DNA of 64,000 bases from Coriobacteriia bacterium (GCA_009778715.1 WRFR01000005.1:1761-65760), one strand, 5' to 3'; numbered from the stretch's first letter, positions 36,870 through 46,615 are shown. Made by a program: numbers and translations. Notes: generated by a model not told the origin, from the sequence alone.

Positions 36870-37568
36870 ATGTCGAATCGCCAGCGGATGTTGATAGCTT
36901 TGGCCTGTGCTGTCGTTGCGGCTGTTCTGCTTGGCTTGTTCCTGCAGCGCAGCGCGACCGCGGCCGAGCGCAACCAGCGCGCGCTGCTGGCGCGTTACGG
37001 TGGGCAGACCACCGAGGTTCTGGTAGCGCGCAAGGACCTGGCAGCGGGTACGGTCGTAAGCAGCGGACTGGTGGAAGTCAAGTCATGGCCGGTGACACTG
37101 CTGCCTGAAGGGACGCTTTTGGCGCGGGATCGCGAGGCGATCATCGGTAAGCGCACGACGGCTTGGGTCGCTCAAGGGGAGCCGTTGGTGCGCAAGCGGG
37201 TGCTGCAGGCCGCAGCCCGGCTTGACGCGTTGGCGGAAGGATTCAGCGCGGTCACCATCTCGACTGACGTCGTCCATGCATTGGGCGGTGAGGTCTCCTG
37301 TGGTATGCGGGTCACGCTTATGGGGGCGCCCGTCGCCGGCGCCGTCACCCCGATCGCCACTAACATCGAAGTCCTGTCATCAAGCGCCTCTGCGCGTGAC
37401 ACCAAGACAGAGTCCTCCTCATCAAGCGCAGGGCTTTTTGGGACGGGGGGCTCATCAGATATCACCTGGGTCACTCTGGCGGTGCCAACATCGCAAGCCG
37501 CCCAGATCATCACGGCGGCTCAGTCGGGCAAGCTCTGGCTGGTGCTGCGAAGCGAAGGAGTGCGCTGA
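36870..37568 (+). CDS. cpaB: Flp pilus assembly protein CpaB/RcpC (SAF-domain)
   Basis: It has an N-terminal TM helix and a periplasmic SAF-like domain, and is the first gene of the tad cluster. Confidence 0.55.
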   Translation: MSNRQRMLIALACAVVAAVLLGLFLQRSATAAERNQRALLARYGGQTTEVLVARKDLAAGTVVSSGLVEVKSWPVTLLPEGTLLARDREAIIGKRTTAWVAQGEPLVRKRVLQAAARLDALAEGFSAVTISTDVVHALGGEVSCGMRVTLMGAPVAGAVTPIATNIEVLSSSASARDTKTESSSSSAGLFGTGGSSDITWVTLAVPTSQAAQIITAAQSGKLWLVLRSEGVR

Positions 37569-38800
37569 TGCTTGACACCTTGGCTCTGGTCAGTTCAAAT
37601 CCACTCTGTCCGCTTGACCTGAGCCGGGCTGCCCAGGATACGCTGGCACGCGCGGTGCAGACCTTTGCAACAGGCGAGGAGTGCCTGAAGGCGCTCGCTT
37701 ACCAGGAGCAGGGGGATTCGTGCGTGGTATTAGTCGATGACACCATCTCTGACCTGGCTCCCCTGAATCTGATCGATGCGCTCAGGCGGGAGCATCCAAA
37801 GATCTCGAGCATTCTGATGGCAGATGACCTCAACCCGGAGATGGTTTCGCGGGCCATGCTTGCAGGCGCCCGGGCGACCCTGCCAACGGGAGCCTCAGAG
37901 CTTGATCTGGCAGAAGTCCTCCGGCTTCTTGCACGGGCTTCACAGGCAGCAGCCGGGAAGGGCGGATCAGAGATCAGCGCTGACGCTTCAGCGCAACGCG
38001 GGACGATCGCGGTGGTATTTGGCGCCCGGGGTGGCGCGGGAAAGTCGACTCTGTCCGCGCTTTTAGCGCTGCTGGCAGCTCAGGCTGATCTTGACGTGGC
38101 GCTTGTTGATTTTGACATTCAGTTTGGGGATATGGGGTTCTTGTTTGGGAGTGATCCTGGCTACACCCTGATCGATCTGGCTGTTGCGTTGGAGCAGGGA
38201 AACCGCCAGAGCCGCAATTTCAGCGAGCAGGTCGAAGCGGGCGTCAACCTGTATGCTCCGATGCCGTCGTCTCAACAAGCAGATGACATCGCTGGCCAGG
38301 CGCGGCGCTTGCTTAACGCCATCGCTGCCGAACATGAACTCGTGATCGTTAACACGGGCGCTTTCCAGGCGCTGCTTCACGCGGAGCTGCTTGATACGGC
38401 AGATGTCGCTGTCTGCGTACTTGACCAGACCCTGGTCGGGGCATGGGCGACTCACCGGCTTCGGGAGATTTGTGTCGGATTGGGCATACCTCCAGTCCGC
38501 CTGCGCTATGTGGTCGACCGTGCCCGTTCGGGAGGGGGATACCGGCCTTCAATAGATGAGATCAGCACGATACTTGAGGGGGTCGCGCTGCGTACGATCG
38601 ATGATGGCGGCCTCAAGTTGTCCCAGATCCTGGACGCAGGAGACTTTGGCGCGCTTATCCAGAAGAGCCGCGGCGCCTTTGCCGCACAGATCAGCCTCAT
38701 CTTAGATGACATTGCGTTGGCGACGGGCCTTGACCTTAACTCCCTGCCGCATATGCGCAGCGCATTGCGCCGTGAGGCGAAGGGAAGGTTACGGAAATGA
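37568..38800 (+). CDS. tadZ: TadZ/CpaE: receiver-like N-terminal domain plus ParA/MinD-type ATPase
   Basis: It has a deviant Walker A motif (GARGGAGKST). The N-terminus is response-regulator-like. It is translationally coupled to tadA. Confidence 0.65.
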   Translation: MLDTLALVSSNPLCPLDLSRAAQDTLARAVQTFATGEECLKALAYQEQGDSCVVLVDDTISDLAPLNLIDALRREHPKISSILMADDLNPEMVSRAMLAGARATLPTGASELDLAEVLRLLARASQAAAGKGGSEISADASAQRGTIAVVFGARGGAGKSTLSALLALLAAQADLDVALVDFDIQFGDMGFLFGSDPGYTLIDLAVALEQGNRQSRNFSEQVEAGVNLYAPMPSSQQADDIAGQARRLLNAIAAEHELVIVNTGAFQALLHAELLDTADVAVCVLDQTLVGAWATHRLREICVGLGIPPVRLRYVVDRARSGGGYRPSIDEISTILEGVALRTIDDGGLKLSQILDAGDFGALIQKSRGAFAAQISLILDDIALATGLDLNSLPHMRSALRREAKGRLRK

Positions 38801-40131
38801 TCAGCTCGCCACCTCAGAGCGCCGTCCGGCTCTCGTCTGCGCAGCACCTGCGGCGTACGTTGAAAGCGCAGCTCTATGATGAGCTTGCGCCCTCTCAGGT
38901 CGTGGCGTTGATCGAACGTGACGGAGATCTTGCCCGCAAGGAGCTGGCAGATCGGCTGCGACAGGTGATCAACCGGCAAACGGGATGGGGCGCGGGTAGT
39001 GGTGATCATAAAGAGCTGATCGATGAGGTTCTGGCAGAGGTGATGGGGTTTGGTCCGCTTGATACCCTGCTGCGTGATCCCAGCATAACTGAGGTCATGG
39101 TCAATGGGCCAGATCGGATATTTTTTGAGCGTGCGGGCAAGCTCTACCGGGCGCAGATGCGCTTCGATGATGAGGAGCAGGTGCGCGCGGTGATCGAGCG
39201 CATTATCGCGCCCTTGGGACGCCGGATCGACGAACAGAACCCCTTGGTCAACGGGCGCTTGCCGGCGGGCCATCGCGTTCATGCCGTCATTCCCCCGCTG
39301 GCCCTTGATGGTCCGATCCTGACGATCCGCAAGTTTCGTGAGCGGATCTATACGCTTGAAGAGCTTGCGGCTGATGCGTCGCTGCCGCCGTTATTGGTTC
39401 CGCTTCTGCAATGGGCCGTTCTTGCGCGACAAAACATCGCGGTCAGTGGAGGAACGGGAAGCGGTAAGACGACCTTTCTTAATGCGTTGTCCCTGATCAT
39501 CCCTCCTGGTGAGCGCATCATCACGATCGAAGACAACGCTGAGTTGAGCTTCAGCCATCATCCTCACGTGGTACGCCTGGAGGCGCGCCCGGCCAATCTT
39601 GAGGGCGCTGGCGCGATCACGATCCGGGACCTGGTCATCAACAGCCTGCGCATGCGTCCTGACCGCATCATCGTCGGCGAAGTTCGTGGTGATGAGGCCC
39701 TTGAGATGTTGCAGGCTATGACGACCGGGCATGACGGGTCGCTGACTACTTTGCACGCGAACACGCCGCGCGAGGTGATTTCACGCCTGGTCACGATGGT
39801 CAATTATGGGGCGCCCTTACCCCTGGCAGCCGTTCAGGTCCAGATCGCTTCCGCTCTCGACCTGATCGTGCATCTGGGAAGGCTTTCGGGCGGGCATCGT
39901 CAGGTGCTTGAGCTCTGTGAGGTAGGGGGTGTGGCAGATGGTGAAGTCTGCCTGCGTCGCCTCGCGCACTTTCAGCAGACGGGTGTCGCTGCCAACGGGC
40001 GCCCGGAAGGTGACTGGATCGTTGACGGGCAGCCAAAGTTTTTCGAGCAGGTACAGGCGCGTGGGATCGCGAGCGCAGAAGCGCTGGAGGAATGGATGGA
40101 CAAGAGCAGGGCGGGGCAGAGCAATGGTTGA
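38797..40131 (+). CDS. tadA: TadA/CpaF secretion ATPase (type II/IV secretion ATPase family)
   Basis: Walker A is GGTGSGKTT. The Asp/His boxes are …ITIEDNAEL… and …RPDRIIVGEVRGDEALEMLQAMTTGHDGSLTTLHAN. Confidence 0.85.
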   Translation: MISSPPQSAVRLSSAQHLRRTLKAQLYDELAPSQVVALIERDGDLARKELADRLRQVINRQTGWGAGSGDHKELIDEVLAEVMGFGPLDTLLRDPSITEVMVNGPDRIFFERAGKLYRAQMRFDDEEQVRAVIERIIAPLGRRIDEQNPLVNGRLPAGHRVHAVIPPLALDGPILTIRKFRERIYTLEELAADASLPPLLVPLLQWAVLARQNIAVSGGTGSGKTTFLNALSLIIPPGERIITIEDNAELSFSHHPHVVRLEARPANLEGAGAITIRDLVINSLRMRPDRIIVGEVRGDEALEMLQAMTTGHDGSLTTLHANTPREVISRLVTMVNYGAPLPLAAVQVQIASALDLIVHLGRLSGGHRQVLELCEVGGVADGEVCLRRLAHFQQTGVAANGRPEGDWIVDGQPKFFEQVQARGIASAEALEEWMDKSRAGQSNG

Positions 40132-40876
40132 CCTCCTGCTTAAAAGCGTGCTGTTGGTTTTTGTGGGCACTGCGGCCTATCTTGTCTGCCGCGCCGCTCT
40201 CGAGTGGAGCGTGCAGTTGCGGCGCCTTCGCCGGGCGCAAGGTGCGATAACCGGCTCTGTGGCGCCGTTATGGAAGTCTTTGCGGGTCACCGCACTGGTG
40301 ACAGTAATCCTGGAGAGGTTGCGCCGTCCGGCTGAGATCGGCCGGATGCAGGAAGCTCTGCCCAAGTTGCTGGACCAGTTGGCGCAAACCTTACGTGCGG
40401 GTCTGTCTTTGCCTCAGGCGATCATGCGGGTAGAGGAGCAACCTGATGACGCGCTGTCAGTCCTCCTGCATGCGCTGAGTGTGGATCTGTCCCTTGGATA
40501 CAGCGTCAGTGAGAGCCTGGAACGCTTCCAGGCAAAAGTCCCCCTGCCTGAGTTGCGCATGATCGCCCTGGCTTTGGAGCTGACGTCTCGCACCGGAGGA
40601 AATATCGCTGAGCTCCTGGAGCGCAGCGCGGACCTGCAAAGGCAGTCTCTGCAGATGTTTCGTGCGCTCCGGGCGCAGACGGCTCAGGGACGGATGTCGG
40701 TGCGTCTGGTGGTCGTGATCCCGCTGGCCCTGGTTGCCGTGATGGCGGTCGCCTTGCCTGATTATATCGGATCGTTTATTTCTTCCGGCTTAGGGCTTGC
40801 TCTGGCCGCGCTTGCTTGTGTTCTTCTGAGCGTCGGGTTTATCGGTGTTCGCCGGGTGGTCAACATTGAAATCTGA
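40124..40876 (+). CDS. tadB: TadB (type II secretion system F domain membrane protein)
   Basis: It is polytopic with a T2SS-F-like cytoplasmic domain. Its start overlaps the tadA stop (ATGGTTGA). Confidence 0.6.
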   Translation: MVDLLLKSVLLVFVGTAAYLVCRAALEWSVQLRRLRRAQGAITGSVAPLWKSLRVTALVTVILERLRRPAEIGRMQEALPKLLDQLAQTLRAGLSLPQAIMRVEEQPDDALSVLLHALSVDLSLGYSVSESLERFQAKVPLPELRMIALALELTSRTGGNIAELLERSADLQRQSLQMFRALRAQTAQGRMSVRLVVVIPLALVAVMAVALPDYIGSFISSGLGLALAALACVLLSVGFIGVRRVVNIEI

Positions 40877-41594
40877 CGTGCTATTGATAGTGGGAGTACC
40901 GGTGGTAGCGCTGGCTGGCGCAGTCGGTGTGGGGATGATCGTCCGGGTCATCCTGGATGGCTTGTACCCGAGCCGACGCCTGGGTAGCGTCCGCGCCCGT
41001 GAATTAGGGCTGGACGGGGCCGCTCTTGCTCCCGTGCAACGCGTACTGAAGAGCGTCGGGCTTAGAGCTATTGCCGACACGCGTCGCCTGCTTCCGCAGT
41101 TCTTTGCCTGGCGTCAGACGCGCCAGGACCAGCGCCGTGCGCAGCGTTGCGCGCGCGAATTGCCGGACATGATCGATATCCTGACGCTGGGGCTCCAGGC
41201 TGGGCTTTCGTTTGATGCGGCGTTAAGCGCGTATGTGGAGCGTTTTGATACCGTGCTTGCCCAGGAGCTGAAGAGCATGCAACACAGCTATCAGCTGGGC
41301 CTTTGCAGTCGGCGCCAGGCATTGCACAAACTGTGCGATCGGGTTCCCGATGATGCGGTCATGCGTTTTATCGCCGTGGTAAGCGAGGCGCTTGACCTGG
41401 GAACACCGTTGCTACCGACGTTTGGGACGCTCAGTTTCGAACTACGGCGCTACCAGAAGCTGAAGCTTGAAGAACAGATCGCCCGCGCACCGGTCAAACT
41501 CCTGGTCCCTCTTGGGCTGTGTGTCTTGCCAGCGGTGTTGATCCTGTTGATGGGGCCGGTATTGCTCCAGATGATCGCAGGCCTGCACTTGTAG
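40845..41594 (+). CDS. tadC: TadC (type II secretion system F domain membrane protein)
   Basis: It is a paralog of TadB, directly downstream. Confidence 0.55.
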   Translation: MFAGWSTLKSDVLLIVGVPVVALAGAVGVGMIVRVILDGLYPSRRLGSVRARELGLDGAALAPVQRVLKSVGLRAIADTRRLLPQFFAWRQTRQDQRRAQRCARELPDMIDILTLGLQAGLSFDAALSAYVERFDTVLAQELKSMQHSYQLGLCSRRQALHKLCDRVPDDAVMRFIAVVSEALDLGTPLLPTFGTLSFELRRYQKLKLEEQIARAPVKLLVPLGLCVLPAVLILLMGPVLLQMIAGLHL

Positions 41595-41673
41595 GAGTAC
41601 GAGTTGGCTGGGATAAGAGCGAATGGGAAAACGTGTAGAGAGAGCGAAATCGCTGTCGAGAAAGGAGAAGGTC

Positions 41674-41961
41674 ATGAAACTGACAAGGACCAACAGAAGC
41701 GAGGGGAGCACTACTTTGGCAAGGCGTGCCGGTTCATACGTGCGGGCGGCCGGGATGTTTGCCGCGCAGGTGACAGCGGGACCGAGACCCCGGCCCCGAC
41801 CCTGTCCGGCGCTTCAAGATGAGAGTGGGCAGGGGGTTGCTGAATACGTCATCATCCTGGCAGTCATTGTGGTTGCGGCTATCATCCTGGCAGTCGCTTT
41901 CCATGAACAACTGGCTGCCGTATGGCAAAGCGTGACCAGCCAGTTGGGAGATCTTGCCTGA
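41674..41961 (+). CDS. flp: Flp/Fap family pilin
   Basis: The Flp motif G-XXXX-EY is GQGVAEYVIILAVIVVAAIILAV, followed by a hydrophobic helix. An AAAGGAGAAG RBS is present. Confidence 0.6.
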   Translation: MKLTRTNRSEGSTTLARRAGSYVRAAGMFAAQVTAGPRPRPRPCPALQDESGQGVAEYVIILAVIVVAAIILAVAFHEQLAAVWQSVTSQLGDLA

Positions 41962-42200
41962 TGAACCGTATTGTTCATGCGTGCCGTGCTTCGGAGAGCG
42001 GACAGGCGGCGACGGAGTATGTGGTGGCGCTGACTTTGGTGATCGTCATCGTGATCGCGCTGGGCGGCCTGGTACAGTACTACCGCAGCAGCAATCAGGG
42101 GAGCCGCCCGGTGGCGCGTACGCTGCAGGGCGCTCCCTATACGCTGGGTTCTCCGGCAGCAGGAGGCCTGCAGGGAGTCGCCGATGCGCTCATGCACTGA
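41961..42200 (+). CDS. flp: Flp/Fap family pilin (second copy)
   Basis: The motif is GQAATEYVVALTLVIVIVIALGGL. Its start overlaps the stop of the first pilin (TGATG). Confidence 0.6.
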   Translation: MNRIVHACRASESGQAATEYVVALTLVIVIVIALGGLVQYYRSSNQGSRPVARTLQGAPYTLGSPAAGGLQGVADALMH

Positions 42201-42285
42201 AAGAAGCGCCTGTCCGGCTCTGGTTTTGGTGAGTGGGCGGTCGCGGCTCGCAGATCCGCGCTTCAGTGGTCTGCCTGTTGTACAT

Positions 42286-42777
42286 GTGCTGAAAAGCGAA
42301 GATGGACAGGCACTCGCTGAAGCCCCGATCATCATCGTGACGCTCTGTGTGCTCGCGCTGATCTTGTTTCAGCCTATCGTGACGCTTTATACGAAGATGG
42401 TGCTGGGCTCGGCTGCGGCCAGCCTGTGCCGTGTGGTGGCGACCGATAGCGCGTCATCGGGCTTAAGCGGGGATGCGTCGGCCAGTGCGCGCTTGTTGCA
42501 GACGTACGCGGAAGGCAAGATCGCCGGGCTGCCCCGAGGGTCGGCGTTCCAGGTCCCCGGTTCGTTGCGCCTGGAAGTGACGGGGGATGCTCACAGCGCC
42601 CAGGTAAGTGTGCGCCTTTCATTGGATCAGAAGGCGTTGCCGCTTCTGGGGCTTTTGGTGGGCGCGGGGCGCAACAACACCGTGAAGATATCTGCCGAAG
42701 CTCACAGTGTTGGCGCTCTGGTTGGCTCAGATCAGAGCGCGACGTATGAATATCCGCCTCTGGGGCAGGTTCCCTGA
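42286..42777 (+). CDS. tadE: TadE-like pseudopilin
   Basis: It has a TadE-type N-terminal hydrophobic segment (EAPIIIVTLCVLALILFQPIV). It probably starts with GTG; the longer ORF overlaps flp. Confidence 0.45.
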   Translation: MLKSEDGQALAEAPIIIVTLCVLALILFQPIVTLYTKMVLGSAAASLCRVVATDSASSGLSGDASASARLLQTYAEGKIAGLPRGSAFQVPGSLRLEVTGDAHSAQVSVRLSLDQKALPLLGLLVGAGRNNTVKISAEAHSVGALVGSDQSATYEYPPLGQVP

Positions 42778-42796
42778 TGAAAGGAAAGGCCTTATC

Positions 42797-44917
42797 ATGA
42801 CGCCACGTATCGCCTGGTTTAAAAACGAGCGGGGATCGACCAGCCTGGCGGTCGTACTCGCGATCATACTGTCGCTGGTGCTGGTAGCCGGCAGCTTGCA
42901 GTGGTATTGGACGAACTCCTCATCAGAGGATATCCAGTTGTTGGCGGACAGCGGAGCTTTAGCCGCAGCGGATACGCAAAGCAAGATCATGCAGTCCATC
43001 CAGATTCTGGACGCTTTACTGTTGACCGCTAACCTCTTTGGGCTCGTACTGCACTGTGTTGTGGTCGTTGCGGGGGTGGTCACGGTGGTGACCGAGGGTT
43101 CTGGCGCTGAATTCTTTGAGAAAGCGGTCGATTTCGATAGAAGCTTCTGTGAAAAGCGTAAAACTTTTGCTCAAGATATCTATAAGTTGGCTCAGGGGCT
43201 CAATGAAGCAGCGCCTTACCTGGTGATGGCACGCAGTGGGTATGCGATCCAGCAGACCGCCAGCAGCATCAAGTCCTTTTCTGGTGGAAGCTACGCGGGG
43301 GTCGCTGTGCCGTTTCCCTTCAAAGGCGAAGTTGAGCTGACGGGATACTCTGAGGGCGAGGATAAACTGCTTACAGATGTCGAAGAAGCTCATGACACAA
43401 ACGAGCAAGATGCCACTGAAGCCCAGGCGGCACAGAAGGAGGCAGACGACGCGCGCGCTGAGTGTTTCCGCTTAGACGTCTATAAAGCGGCTGGTACCTC
43501 GGAGTTTTCCTGGGATCCCTCCTATGCCTATGATGATTTCAAGCAGGGTTTCAGCGGCCTGGTGTCTGATCCGACACCGACGCCACCAGCGCTGACGCCG
43601 ATCGATGACAATGCGAACACGCGCGCTACCTTGCAGGTAAACTATGAGAAAAATTATCTCGAGATTCGTACCCAACTTCAGACCGCAGTACCCGGGGTGA
43701 TAGGAACCGCTCACCCGGCATCCGATGACTACCCAGCCACTGACCTGGACAAGGATACGCTCTTGCAGCGCTGGCTTGGCGAGCAAGTCTTTGTGCTGGT
43801 GACGCCTGCCGGACAGCGGCGCGCCTATCATCACAGCACCGATTGTTTTGGCTTGGCCGGCGCCCAGGGCACGCCAGAGCAGGTCCGCCTGGAAACGTTG
43901 ATAGGGGCAAGCGAGCATCCGCCGTGTACGATCTGTATGCCCACCGATTGGCGCGCGCTGCAGCAGTGGGAACAAAAGCTCCAACCGTTTATCACGCAGT
44001 GGAACGCTGAGGCCGCTGCCTTGCGCCGCTACCGGCGCGCGCGCGAAAAGCTTTCAGAGAAAGAGGATTCGATCCGTGAGACCAGCACTTCAGCGATCGG
44101 GAAGGTGCTCGAACATGCTGGGTCTTACTTGTTAGGCGGACGGTTGCGCTATCGCAGCAGTGGCGCGCGCGGGTTTGTCTGCGTGGTCGTCAATACGCAG
44201 GAGCGCGGCCTGCCTGCGTTTACGCTCCCGCCGCTGACGAATGCGCAGGGAAGCCGCCTGGCTCCTCAGGTGGCACTGTCCGGCGCGAAGCTTCTTCCTT
44301 CTGCAGCGCTCAAAACTCTGCCATCGCTTCTCTCACAAAGCGGAGATCAAGCGCACGGCACGGGGGACAGCGGACTGGGAGGAGCGACGCGCGCTTTGCT
44401 CGGCGCTGACGATCCGGGCGGAGGCGGAAGCAGCAGTGGAGTGTTCTCGTTCGTGCTTTCGCTGTGGGGCAGCTGTCTGGATGTTTATGGGCGTGGGGCC
44501 AATGGCCTGGGCGATCAGCTAGCCGGATTGCCGTTTGGTCTTGATGGGGTAGTAAAGCCAGCGTTTGACAAGCTCCTGGCTGTGGCGCAGGCAAGCCCGC
44601 CAGACTTACGGTATCCGCAACCAATTCTGGTGGATACGGCGGCGGTGGGAAGCCCTGATGCCGAGGGATTTGAGGGGGGATTTGTGTCTGCATTGCGGGC
44701 AGCAAAACAAGGCTTCGCGAAGCTGGGGAGCAGTGAACTACTGGCAACGATCAAAGAACTGACCAGCGGGGCGGGAGATGTGCCCGACTTGGGGGATCTG
44801 GTGAAGGCTGTGGAGGCCAAAGTACTGGGCGTCGATCTGGGTCTGCCATTTGGCGAGCAAGCAAAAACCTGGTTGCCGGACGTACGCCGTCAGCTTGAGG
44901 AGATAGGAAGCCTGTGA
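42797..44917 (+). CDS. large TadG-like pilus-associated protein (Tad_N pseudopilin-like N-terminus, ~700 aa)
   Basis: It has an N-terminal TadE/TadG-like segment (RGSTSLAVVLAIILSLVLVAG) and an AAAGGAAAGG RBS before the ATG at 42797. It also has a long Gly-rich C-terminal region. Confidence 0.45.
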   Translation: MTPRIAWFKNERGSTSLAVVLAIILSLVLVAGSLQWYWTNSSSEDIQLLADSGALAAADTQSKIMQSIQILDALLLTANLFGLVLHCVVVVAGVVTVVTEGSGAEFFEKAVDFDRSFCEKRKTFAQDIYKLAQGLNEAAPYLVMARSGYAIQQTASSIKSFSGGSYAGVAVPFPFKGEVELTGYSEGEDKLLTDVEEAHDTNEQDATEAQAAQKEADDARAECFRLDVYKAAGTSEFSWDPSYAYDDFKQGFSGLVSDPTPTPPALTPIDDNANTRATLQVNYEKNYLEIRTQLQTAVPGVIGTAHPASDDYPATDLDKDTLLQRWLGEQVFVLVTPAGQRRAYHHSTDCFGLAGAQGTPEQVRLETLIGASEHPPCTICMPTDWRALQQWEQKLQPFITQWNAEAAALRRYRRAREKLSEKEDSIRETSTSAIGKVLEHAGSYLLGGRLRYRSSGARGFVCVVVNTQERGLPAFTLPPLTNAQGSRLAPQVALSGAKLLPSAALKTLPSLLSQSGDQAHGTGDSGLGGATRALLGADDPGGGGSSSGVFSFVLSLWGSCLDVYGRGANGLGDQLAGLPFGLDGVVKPAFDKLLAVAQASPPDLRYPQPILVDTAAVGSPDAEGFEGGFVSALRAAKQGFAKLGSSELLATIKELTSGAGDVPDLGDLVKAVEAKVLGVDLGLPFGEQAKTWLPDVRRQLEEIGSL

Positions 44918-45333
44918 TGGGGGTACTGAGGAATGAGGCAGGACAGATGGTACCCGAGCTGGTGCTGGTGATCCCTGCGTTTGCAATAGCGATCGTGTTG
45001 ATCGTCAACGTGCTCTCGTTTGTGAGCGAGTGCGCGCGCTTCGACCGTGTGGCTGATGAGGTCGCACGCGTGGCGGCAGCCAACCAGCGCTCCCCGTCAG
45101 AAGCAGGCCAGCTCCTGCAGGAATCCCTGGGTTATCAGAATGGCAAGCGGGGACCGTTTTCTTCGCAGGCCAAGGCTCAGGTCGAGGGCGTGCCCGGACT
45201 GCATGACCTGAGGTTGACATTTACGTTGAGCTATCGGGTGTTCGCTTCTTCCTCTGGGGCTGGGGGATTGGGTACCTGGAAACGCAGTAAGACGGTAGTG
45301 GTTCCCTACTGCCAGCCACTGTCGGAGCTCTGA
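44914..45333 (+). CDS. TadE-like pseudopilin
   Basis: It has an N-terminal TadE-like helix (ELVLVIPAFAIAIVLIVNV) and is 139 aa. Confidence 0.5.
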   Translation: MMGVLRNEAGQMVPELVLVIPAFAIAIVLIVNVLSFVSECARFDRVADEVARVAAANQRSPSEAGQLLQESLGYQNGKRGPFSSQAKAQVEGVPGLHDLRLTFTLSYRVFASSSGAGGLGTWKRSKTVVVPYCQPLSEL

Positions 45334-45338
45334 GCCAG

Positions 45339-45692
45339 ATGCTCATGCGCTTGCGTTTTGCAGTCACCCCCTCTGCCCGGATGCAGGGGATGCTCGGGCT
45401 GCCCGCTGAGGCAGGGCAGGAAGACGAGGTGTTCCTGATCGCACCCTGCCGACGGATCCATACGGTCGGAATGCGTTTCGCGATTGATGTCGCCTGGGTC
45501 GCAGCGGATGGCCAGGTACTCAGAGTCGTGCGTGGCCTTGCGCCAGGTCGACTGTCACGCGGTTGTCCCCAGGCAGTCGCGGTACTTGAGCGGCGTGCCT
45601 GCGCAGGCGGCTGGCTACAACCTGGACAGCAGGTCGAGCTTGGTGTGAAAGATGATGCGCGCAGGTCTTTGTGGCTGGTACCTCCACTGTAG
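45339..45692 (+). CDS. DUF192 domain protein (COG1430)
   Basis: It has the DUF192 signature …CRRIHTVGMRFAIDVAWVAADGQVLRV…. Confidence 0.5.
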   Translation: MLMRLRFAVTPSARMQGMLGLPAEAGQEDEVFLIAPCRRIHTVGMRFAIDVAWVAADGQVLRVVRGLAPGRLSRGCPQAVAVLERRACAGGWLQPGQQVELGVKDDARRSLWLVPPL

Positions 45693-45761
45693 GGTGCTGG
45701 CCTGGAGGGCCAAGCGGCTGTGATATTCAAAAGATGCCTGGAGGAAGAAAGGATGTTGAAA

Positions 45762-46418
45762 ATGAAGCGTTGCCCAATCTGTGGAGCGCATGCGGTCGAG
45801 TCGGCCGGCACGTGCTTTCAATGCTTGTACCACTTCGATACGCTCTCAACTGAGGATGTGAGCAAACTGGGACTGCCGGTGCCTCAACGTGCTGTTATGC
45901 AGCGTAAGGCAGGCGCCGAAAGCAGTGGCGCATCCGCCTCGGTTGCGGTACTGGAGAGACCAGAACCCGCTCCGCGCCCCTTGATGAGATGGGATGTGTT
46001 GTTAGATGAGGGGACCGCGGCCCCCACAACAGCATCGCCAGCTTCCTTATCTCCGGCAGGTTCTGCACCGGCGGAAACACCAGCTGCCACGCCTTCTCCG
46101 ATCCTGATACCTGCGCCATCGCCGGCCCGTTGTTTTGCGGCCGAATTGCGCTTTGGCACAGCGCCGCCTCACACGATCAAAACGCATAAAGGTTCGCTTT
46201 ATGTGGGGCGCGCCATATTCAACGATCTGGTCATAGACGATGAGTGCATCATGCGTCGCCATGCGCATATCTATCGTTTGGAGCAAGGCGTGTTTATGGA
46301 GCTGCTCGGTACGAGCTCGAGCGCAACCGTCAATGGCAAACAGGCTAACCATATCAGCCTCATCTGCGACGGAGACGTCATAAGCCTTGGCCCCTGCGAC
46401 GCGATCATCCACTGCTAG
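45762..46418 (+). CDS. zinc-ribbon plus FHA-domain protein
   Basis: The N-terminal zinc ribbon is CPICG…CFQC. A Pro/Ala-rich linker follows, then a C-terminal FHA domain (…GSLYVGRAIFNDLVIDDECIMRRHAHIYRLEQGVFMELLGTSSSATVNGKQ…). Confidence 0.6.
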   Translation: MKRCPICGAHAVESAGTCFQCLYHFDTLSTEDVSKLGLPVPQRAVMQRKAGAESSGASASVAVLERPEPAPRPLMRWDVLLDEGTAAPTTASPASLSPAGSAPAETPAATPSPILIPAPSPARCFAAELRFGTAPPHTIKTHKGSLYVGRAIFNDLVIDDECIMRRHAHIYRLEQGVFMELLGTSSSATVNGKQANHISLICDGDVISLGPCDAIIHC

Positions 46419-46467
46419 GAAGGTATCCCGACAGGGTCGCTACCTGCTTATTAAAGGAGATAGCGCC

Positions 46468-46596
46468 ATGGATGGATATACGCTTGAAATGCTTTTGCTG
46501 CTTTTGGTAATGCTTGACGCAAAAGCAACCGACCCCCGCCAGTTGCGAATACAACTGACGAAGGCCGGAAGCATCATCGTTACGTTCAAGCTGTGA
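46468..46596 (+). CDS. possible small hydrophobic peptide (42 aa)
   Basis: It has an AAAGGAGA RBS 7 nt upstream of the ATG. The product is MDGYTLEMLLLLLVMLDAKATDPRQLRIQLTKAGSIIVTFKL. A hairpin follows it. Confidence 0.25.
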   Translation: MDGYTLEMLLLLLVMLDAKATDPRQLRIQLTKAGSIIVTFKL

Positions 46597-46615
46597 GCAA
46601 AGACTGACGATGAAC

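Noticed and set aside
36870-46418. Looked for a TadV/CpaA prepilin peptidase and an RcpA secretin within the tad locus.
   Set aside because: Neither is present in the window. No secretin is expected in a Gram-positive cell, and the peptidase is probably encoded elsewhere.
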